Source: an uncultured Planctomycetaceae bacterium
GTDB lineage: Bacteria; Planctomycetota; Planctomycetia; Planctomycetales; Planctomycetaceae
Length of the DNA stretch: 64,000 nucleotides
NCBI GenBank assembly: GCA_963815195.1
Contig: CAWFGE010000023.1
Location: 64,001-128,000, forward strand
Reading direction: 5' to 3'
Below the pieces are notes generated by a model, which did not search any database, was not told the DNA's origin, and was given only the letters and a program-made list of their open reading frames with translations. This document shows, one piece after another, positions 57,846 through 64,000 of this stretch. Both the position numbers and the translations under genes were made by a program. How positions within the stretch are numbered: the stretch's first letter is position 1; the number at the start of each line of letters is the position of its first letter.

Positions 57846-60290
57846 ATGAGTTGGAAAAACGTCAAACTGATATTTTCCCGCGAGGTCCGCGACCAACTCC
57901 GCGACCGCCGCACGCTGTTTATGATTACAATTCTGCCGCTGCTTCTGTATCCGGTGCTCGGCCTGTTCATGATGCAGATGGTGCTCGTTTTCAGCGAAAA
58001 GCCGCGGACGGTTGTGATCCTGGGAGCCGGCTCGCTTCCCAAGATACCGGAACTGCTGAAAGACGGGCATTTCGTCAGCACCTATTTCAAGATTCCCAGC
58101 GACACCCAAAAGCTCAATGTCTATACCGACGCCGACGTTCGCGAAGGCAAAAAGACCAACCCCGATGCGGAGCACACGGTGGTCAACGGGGACGAGATTC
58201 GTGGACTCGTCGCCCGCGAACAGAAACTGATCGAAGCCAAAACCAAATGGGAGACAAAGTCGGGCGAAGACTCCCAACCGTTTCCGCAGCAGGCGGAATT
58301 GACGAAGACGAAAAAAGACCTCGCCGAACTGATCGAGGGCGTGGAGATCGTACTGATCATCCCCAGCGGCTTCGGCAAACATGTCGAGGAGATGAACCGC
58401 CGGCTGGCGTCGCGGGAGTTCGATGAAGTCACAAAGCTCATGGAAGATCGGCGGCCGATCATCGTGCGAAACAGCGCCGACGAAAAATCCCAGGTGGCGT
58501 ACAAATACGTCAGCGAAGCGATCTCGTCCTGGGAAGCCAATATCCTGAAAGTTCGGCTGCAGGAAGCCCGGCTTCCCGAAACCCTCGCCGAACCCGTCCG
58601 CGCGGAAAAAGTCGATCTGGCGGAAGAAGGGCAACTCTCGGCCGTCGTCTGGAGCAAGTTGTTCTCGGCGATGCTGGTGATCATGGCCATGACCGGGGCG
58701 TTCTATCCGGCCGTGGACCTGGCGGCCGGCGAAAAAGAACGGGGCACGATGGAAACGCTTCTCATCTGCCCGGCCACGCGGACCGAATTGGTGCTCGGCA
58801 AATTCTTCACGGTGATGCTCTTCAGCCTGGCGACGGCGATTTTGAACCTGATCAGCCTGGGTATCACCAGCAAATATGTTCCTGCCGCGGGCCACCTGTC
58901 CAAGCTCGGCAGCATGGCTCCGCCGACGCTGGGGACGATTGTCTGCGTGATCGCCTTTATGCTGCCATTGACCGCTCTGTTTAGCGCGTTATGCCTGGCG
59001 CTCGCCACCTTTGCCCGCAGCACGAAGGAAGGCCAATACTATCTCACGCCGCTCTTGTTGGTGACGTTGGGGCTTACCGTTTTCTGCCTCACGCCGGGCA
59101 TGGAGATGACGCCCTTTTACAGCATCATACCCGTGGTCGGTCCGGCATTACTCTTGAAAGAGACCTTGGCGAATCCCGGCAGCGATGTCGCTTTGTATTA
59201 CGCATTGCCGGTGCTGCTTTCCAGCGTGGGCTACAGCCTCTTGGCGCTGTGGTGGGCGATCGATCAATTCTCGCGCGAGGAAGTCCTGTTCCGCGAAGCC
59301 GAGCGGTTTGAACTCAGGCTTTGGCTCCGGCATTTGCTCCGCGACAAGGAACCCACGCCCAGTTTCGCGGAAGCCGGCATTTGCTTTGTGATGATTATGT
59401 TCCTGCAGTTCGCCGCGATGCGGTTCATGCAGCAGGCGATCGTCGGCGCCGGTCCGGGGCACATCGCCGAGCGGATGATGCAGATGTTGATGGTGCAGCA
59501 ACTCGCCATCATCGCCAGCCCCGCCTTGTTTATGGGCGTGATTCTCACGACCGACGTGGTCCGCACGTTTCGGATCAGGCTGCCTTCGCTGGGGATGCTG
59601 TCCTTGGCGTTTGTGTTACCGTTCGTTTTGCATCCCCTGTCGGTGGAGCTTTCGACAGTGCTGCAGAAGTATTTCTTTCTGCCTTTGCCCTCGAGCATCG
59701 CGCACCAGGTCAGCACGATGGTGGATCTCAATCAACCGCTTTGGCTGGTGCTGCTCGCGTTCGCGGCGGCTCCGGCGATTGGCGAAGAGATCGCATTTCG
59801 CGGGTTTATCCTCTCCGGCTTCAACCGCTCGAAGCGGACCTGGCTGGCGATCGGCCTGACCAGCCTGATGTTCGGCCTGATGCACATGATCCCCCAACAA
59901 GTCTTCAACGCCTCGCTGTTGGGCCTGGTCTTGGGTTTGATCGCCGTCCGCGGCGGGAGCCTTTTGCCGTGCATGCTGTTCCACTTCACCTGGAACAGCC
60001 TCGCCGTCCTCCACGGCCGCTGGGGCCAACTCGAAACCGCCCCGAATCTCAACGATTCCCCCTGGCATTGGCTGTTCAGTTTCCAAGACAGCCAGGTCCA
60101 CTACCGCTGGCCGCTGCTGATCGCCATGACCCTCCTCGGCGGCTATCTCATCTACCGCCTCGCGAAACATCCTTCCGCCGGCGAAGAGGATTCCAGTTCG
60201 CTCCGCCCTCCGCAAGAACCCGCCGAGGAGAAAGCGTTCTCGGACCCGGCCCCCAGTCGCCAAGAGGGAAAGCCGATCGGGAGTGTGTAA
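57846..60290 (+). CDS. NatB-like ABC-2 permease fused to a CPBP (CAAX/Abi) intramembrane protease
   Basis: REVRDQLRDRRT, AGEKERGTMETLL; C-terminal EEIAFRG, FGLMH, HFTWN. Confidence 0.88.
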   Translation: MSWKNVKLIFSREVRDQLRDRRTLFMITILPLLLYPVLGLFMMQMVLVFSEKPRTVVILGAGSLPKIPELLKDGHFVSTYFKIPSDTQKLNVYTDADVREGKKTNPDAEHTVVNGDEIRGLVAREQKLIEAKTKWETKSGEDSQPFPQQAELTKTKKDLAELIEGVEIVLIIPSGFGKHVEEMNRRLASREFDEVTKLMEDRRPIIVRNSADEKSQVAYKYVSEAISSWEANILKVRLQEARLPETLAEPVRAEKVDLAEEGQLSAVVWSKLFSAMLVIMAMTGAFYPAVDLAAGEKERGTMETLLICPATRTELVLGKFFTVMLFSLATAILNLISLGITSKYVPAAGHLSKLGSMAPPTLGTIVCVIAFMLPLTALFSALCLALATFARSTKEGQYYLTPLLLVTLGLTVFCLTPGMEMTPFYSIIPVVGPALLLKETLANPGSDVALYYALPVLLSSVGYSLLALWWAIDQFSREEVLFREAERFELRLWLRHLLRDKEPTPSFAEAGICFVMIMFLQFAAMRFMQQAIVGAGPGHIAERMMQMLMVQQLAIIASPALFMGVILTTDVVRTFRIRLPSLGMLSLAFVLPFVLHPLSVELSTVLQKYFFLPLPSSIAHQVSTMVDLNQPLWLVLLAFAAAPAIGEEIAFRGFILSGFNRSKRTWLAIGLTSLMFGLMHMIPQQVFNASLLGLVLGLIAVRGGSLLPCMLFHFTWNSLAVLHGRWGQLETAPNLNDSPWHWLFSFQDSQVHYRWPLLIAMTLLGGYLIYRLAKHPSAGEEDSSSLRPPQEPAEEKAFSDPAPSRQEGKPIGSV

Positions 60291-60474
60291 GGGTGTGACA
60301 CCAACCGCTTCTGCATGACACGGAGGAAGTTGGCCAAACGGCTTTTTCTTGTTTCGGTGAAATCGATTGCGTGCACAGAATAGGGGCGACGAGTTCGCAC
60401 AGCGTTATTAGATTGGTTGTGACGCCAATCCATTCCCACCTCAAGCGAGGAATCGGCGCAAGCTCGAAAGTTCT

Positions 60475-60801
60475 ATTCTCGAAGGAACGGGCGAGATTCC
60501 TCAGACAATCTGTGTCTTCTCTGGCCATTGACGGAAAATTCATTTGCGTTCGTCTGGCCCTGTTCGCCGAAATGATCAAAGGCAAGCCTTGGACCCCTGC
60601 CACTCTCAAAGAAGTCGGGGCGTTGGGGTCGGCTCTGCGTTTTTAGAAGAGACGTTCAGTTCGGCAAATGCCCCGCTTAAACATCGCTACCACCAGGAAG
60701 CCGCCCGTGCCATCTTGAAATCCCTTCTGCCGGAATCCGGTACACACATCAAAGGCGAGATGAAATCCCGCGGCGAACTCTTGGAACACCGCTTCAAGTG
60801 A
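60475..60801 (+). pseudogene. Internal fragment of a large planctomycete kinase/NTPase-type protein
   Basis: GKFICVRLALFAEMIKGKPWTPATLKEVG / GVGSAFLEETFS...HRYHQEAARAILKSLLPESGTHIKG across two frames, no start. Family recalled from memory. Confidence 0.55.
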
Positions 60802-60929
60802 CATTCAAGGTTTAGCGTGGATTCGTGTTCCGTTCTTCAACACCTAGCACTCGTTGACTTGGTCTAGGGGGCCGGAGTATTCTGAAGTTTTCCGTCCTTC
60901 TTCCAGCCCATCCATTGGAAAGTCCGATT

Positions 60930-62000
60930 ATGCTGCGCCCGCGTTCGATCTTGTGTATTAGTGGAATCGCTTTATTGGCCGTCGGCGGTTTGATCGGGTG
61001 CAGCGGCGAGGTGCCCAGCGGGACTAAGCGGATCATCATTTTGACCAACGGCAATTCGCCGTATTGGGACGCCTGCGCCAAGGGCGCTGCCGATGCCGCG
61101 GCGGAATTGAAGCTCGGCGATGCGGGCTACCGGTTCGAGATCGAGCAGAACGACCTCACCGACAAAGGCCAGATCGACAAGCTGAAAAGCTATAAGACCG
61201 CCGTGGACATCGCCGCGGTCGCGATCTCGGTGACCGACGAAAATAACCCCGCCATCGCCGAGGCCATGAAAGAACTCCAAGCCGCGGGCGTGAAGGTGAT
61301 CACGATCGATTCCGACGTCAACCGCGATAAGCACAAGGACGCCCGCGCCGCGTACATCGGCACCGACAACGTCATCGCCGGCCGCGAACTTGGCAAAGCG
61401 GCAAAGGCCCTCGTGGGAAAAGGCGAATACATGGCGTTTGTGGGCTTGAAAGGCGCTTCCAACGCCCAGGGGCGAATCAAAGGCTTTGATGAAGGCGCGG
61501 GGCCGGGTATTAAGCGGGAGCAATACCTCGAAGACAAAGGCCCCGGCAAAGCCGCCGAGACGGTGCGGGGCATCCTCACCACCCATCTCGATTCGCCACC
61601 GAAATTGCTGTTGGGCATCTGGTCTTATAACACCCCGGCCATTGTGGAGACCGTGGACAACCTGGAAATCCGGGACAAGGTGACCATCGTGGGCTTCGAC
61701 GCCGAGCCCAACACCATTAACTACATCGGCCAGGGCAAAATCGATGCCCTGTTGGTGCAGAACCCTTATCAAATGGGCTACATCGGCGTGAAGTTGATGA
61801 AAGCTTTGGCGGAAGGCGACAAATCCGCCATCGAAAAAATCCTCCCCGGCGGCACGGACCTCCATACGACCGACCTTAAAATCGTCGTCCCCGACGGCGA
61901 CGAGCGATTGACGCAAGACCTTTTCGATCCCGCCACCAAGCTCATGCCGTTGAGCGAATTCGACGCCTGGCTCCAGCAATACGGATTGACCGGGTCATAA
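60930..62000 (+). CDS. Sugar ABC transporter substrate-binding lipoprotein (RbsB-like)
   Basis: Lipobox LIGC, SPYW, VITIDSD, YIGTDN, IVGFD, QNPYQMGY. Confidence 0.9.
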   Translation: MLRPRSILCISGIALLAVGGLIGCSGEVPSGTKRIIILTNGNSPYWDACAKGAADAAAELKLGDAGYRFEIEQNDLTDKGQIDKLKSYKTAVDIAAVAISVTDENNPAIAEAMKELQAAGVKVITIDSDVNRDKHKDARAAYIGTDNVIAGRELGKAAKALVGKGEYMAFVGLKGASNAQGRIKGFDEGAGPGIKREQYLEDKGPGKAAETVRGILTTHLDSPPKLLLGIWSYNTPAIVETVDNLEIRDKVTIVGFDAEPNTINYIGQGKIDALLVQNPYQMGYIGVKLMKALAEGDKSAIEKILPGGTDLHTTDLKIVVPDGDERLTQDLFDPATKLMPLSEFDAWLQQYGLTGS

Positions 62001-62015
62001 TTACCTCATTATCGT

Positions 62016-62035
62016 CTTTCGCTCCGCGAAAGAAC
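62016..62035. repeat. Short hairpin TCTTTCGC-TCC-GCGAAAGA
   Basis: Perfect 8-bp stem right after the SBP stop. Confidence 0.55.
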
Positions 62036-62147
62036 GCAAAAAGGCAAACCCATTAAGCCAGAGATTGCAGGCGGCTTCTGCACTACAAATATCGCTTTTC
62101 ATACTCATCTAACTTTGTCGCTCTTTTCAAATTTTCGAGGAATCCCG

Positions 62148-62434
62148 ATGAGCGAAACACCCTTACGCTGTCCCGAAATCGGTTGCACTGGTTGGGTTTC
62201 GGAAGTGGACGACGGAGACGAACACTTCTGGGGCTGCGGAGAATGCGGCAACGTCTGGTACGAGCGCGGCGAATTGGATGCGGCGATTGACGATATTGTT
62301 TCCCAGTTTTCGTATCGCAAGAAAGTCTATCGCAAGTCGAAAGGAGGCTGGCGACCCGTACCGCTGGAAAAAGAACCGGAGGACTATGAGGGACTCGTCG
62401 AAGACGAAGGGGAGCAGGCGGACGGGGACAATGA
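62148..62434 (+). CDS. Small Cys4 zinc-ribbon-like protein, paralog 1 (3' end inferred)
   Basis: CPEIGC...WGCGECGNVW...FSYRKKVYRK; as sequenced it reads through to 62645, and one extra G would end it at the ATGA overlap. Confidence 0.6.
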
Positions 62435-62727
62435 AGATTCTGACGCTCGCCTGCCCGGTCTCGAAATGTTACGGCACGGTCTTTTTCTCCGAAGACGAAG
62501 ACGGTCAATACTGGATGTGCGATTGTTGCGATTCCCGCTGGTTCGATACGAAGAACCTCATGAAGGAAATCGCGGAGATCATCAAGACGTTTCCTTATCG
62601 AAAGCAATTGTATCGCAAGGCCGAAGACGGCTACGAACCGGTTGAGTGGGATGGGGACATCATGGATTACTGCGATCTGGTCGAGAAAGAACCTCGGGAT
62701 AAACGAGCAGGGAAGAAACGGGGGTGA
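62431..62727 (+). CDS. Small Cys4 zinc-ribbon-like protein, paralog 2
   Basis: CPVSKC...WMCDCCDSRW...FPYRKQLYRK, collinear with paralog 1. Confidence 0.7.
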   Translation: MKILTLACPVSKCYGTVFFSEDEDGQYWMCDCCDSRWFDTKNLMKEIAEIIKTFPYRKQLYRKAEDGYEPVEWDGDIMDYCDLVEKEPRDKRAGKKRG

Positions 62728-62848
62728 AGCTTGGTCTCCAATGACCAATTCTTTTAGAGGCCAGGGAAATCGAGGCGAACTCAAGCGAAACGTAAAAAAA
62801 TATGCATTTTGACGATTGGTCATTGGTGCCCGCTCATTGGGATTTCTA

Positions 62849-64000
62849 ATGTCGACCTTCTTCCGCAAGCACGGCAATGAAATTGGTTTGCTGCTCGCGA
62901 TCGTTGCTGTGGTCGCATTGACGGCCGTGATGGATCCGTCGTATCGGCTGAAACCTTGGATCAATGCCCAGGAAATCCTGCGGCAGTCCGCGCTTCTGGG
63001 CATCTTCGCTTTGGGGGCGGCGACGGTGATTATCTCCGGCGGGATCGATCTTTCCAGCGGTTCGGTGATCGCCTTCAGCGGCACGGTTTCGCTTTCGATT
63101 TTGTATGTGCTGGCTCCGCTCGATGACAGCGGCAACCCGATTATGTCGCATTTCCCGCTGTGGATGCTGTTCGTCTCCGTGTGCGGGACGCTGGTCGCGG
63201 CGGTATTGATTGGGAGTTTTCACGCGTGGCTGATTACCGTCGTGGGCTTGCCGCCGTTCGTGGCGACGCTGGCTTCGCTCGTGGGCCTCCGCAGCCTGGC
63301 CCGCGTCTTGACGACCAACATCACCGAGGCCGTCACCGGGCGGAGCAATACGCAGATCTATATCGAGGACGATTTTTTTCGCGAGTGGGGCCGATCCTGG
63401 TGGATCCCGCTTTTGATTTTTTTGGCGATGTCGTTGGTGATGTGGATTTTGCTCAGCCGGACTGTGCTGGGCCGGCGGCTGTATGCGATGGGTGGGAACG
63501 AAGACGCCGCCCGCTTGAGCGGCATCCGCACCGACCGCTTGAAGTGGGTCGCGTATTGCCTCGGCAGCGTGACGGCGGCGATCGCGGGGATTCTGTGGAC
63601 CGGCTACGTCGGCGTGGCCCAACCCTCGACGCAAGGCCAAGGGGAAGAACTCAACGCGATCGCCTGCGCCGTCGTGGGCGGCGTGAGTCTCCAAGGCGGC
63701 GTGGGCACGGTGGGCGGCACGATGCTCGGAGCCTTGTTCCTCCGCGTCGTGATGGATTCCGTCAACAAGGTGGTCAAAAGCCATTCCGACGAATTTCAAG
63801 GTTTGATCGTGGGAGCCCTCGTCGTGCTCGCGGTGGCGTTTAATGAAATCCGCCGGGCTGGCGGCCTGCGCCGCCGATTCTTCCCCGGCTGGCTGGGCAC
63901 GGTCAACATCGGCATCCTGAGTTTGCTCGCGGGCACGATCACCGGCCTGATGGTCGGCCAAAACAAGCTCGCCACGGGTTTGATCGTCGGTTGCGCCCTC
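62849..64000 (+). CDS. Sugar ABC transporter permease (RbsC-like), runs off the right edge
   Basis: Hand translation MSTFFRKHGNEIGLLLAI...IISGGIDLSSGS...LPPFVATL...GRRLYAMGGNEDAARLSGI...ELNAIACAVVGG. Confidence 0.9.
   Translation, partial: MSTFFRKHGNEIGLLLAIVAVVALTAVMDPSYRLKPWINAQEILRQSALLGIFALGAATVIISGGIDLSSGSVIAFSGTVSLSILYVLAPLDDSGNPIMSHFPLWMLFVSVCGTLVAAVLIGSFHAWLITVVGLPPFVATLASLVGLRSLARVLTTNITEAVTGRSNTQIYIEDDFFREWGRSWWIPLLIFLAMSLVMWILLSRTVLGRRLYAMGGNEDAARLSGIRTDRLKWVAYCLGSVTAAIAGILWTGYVGVAQPSTQGQGEELNAIACAVVGGVSLQGGVGTVGGTMLGALFLRVVMDSVNKVVKSHSDEFQGLIVGALVVLAVAFNEIRRAGGLRRRFFPGWLGTVNIGILSLLAGTITGLMVGQNKLATGLIVGCAL

Overview
GC-rich bacterial chromosome segment, almost certainly a planctomycete (two DUF1549/DUF1553-DUF1501 cassettes, a DUF1559 prepilin-like gene, a sulfatase, PQQ-like propellers, an FGE-sulfatase-domain protein). 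The housekeeping backbone comprises kdsB-pyrG, thrC, aspS, murA, mqnA-mqnC, natAB-like ABC and a sugar ABC operon. An accessory block at about 15.9-26.9 kb holds an M.PvuII-like m4C methyltransferase paired with an HNH nuclease, a decayed SMI1/KNR4 gene, and the most interesting element: a compact biosynthetic locus. That locus has a single-module NRPS (docking-C-A-PCP, hand-read specificity code DPEDIGAITK, Arg-like), a fused two-domain OleA/LstAB-like KS-III whose second domain lost Cys/His but kept the catalytic Glu motif, and a convergent extended SDR plus an unknown membrane-anchored protein. Six single-base frameshifts in five genes (plus a probable seventh), mostly in C/G runs, look like long-read indel errors. 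Several palindromic intergenic repeats are present. I found no rRNA, tRNA, CRISPR array, integrase or transposase. All family calls come from motif recognition by eye, not from database searches.
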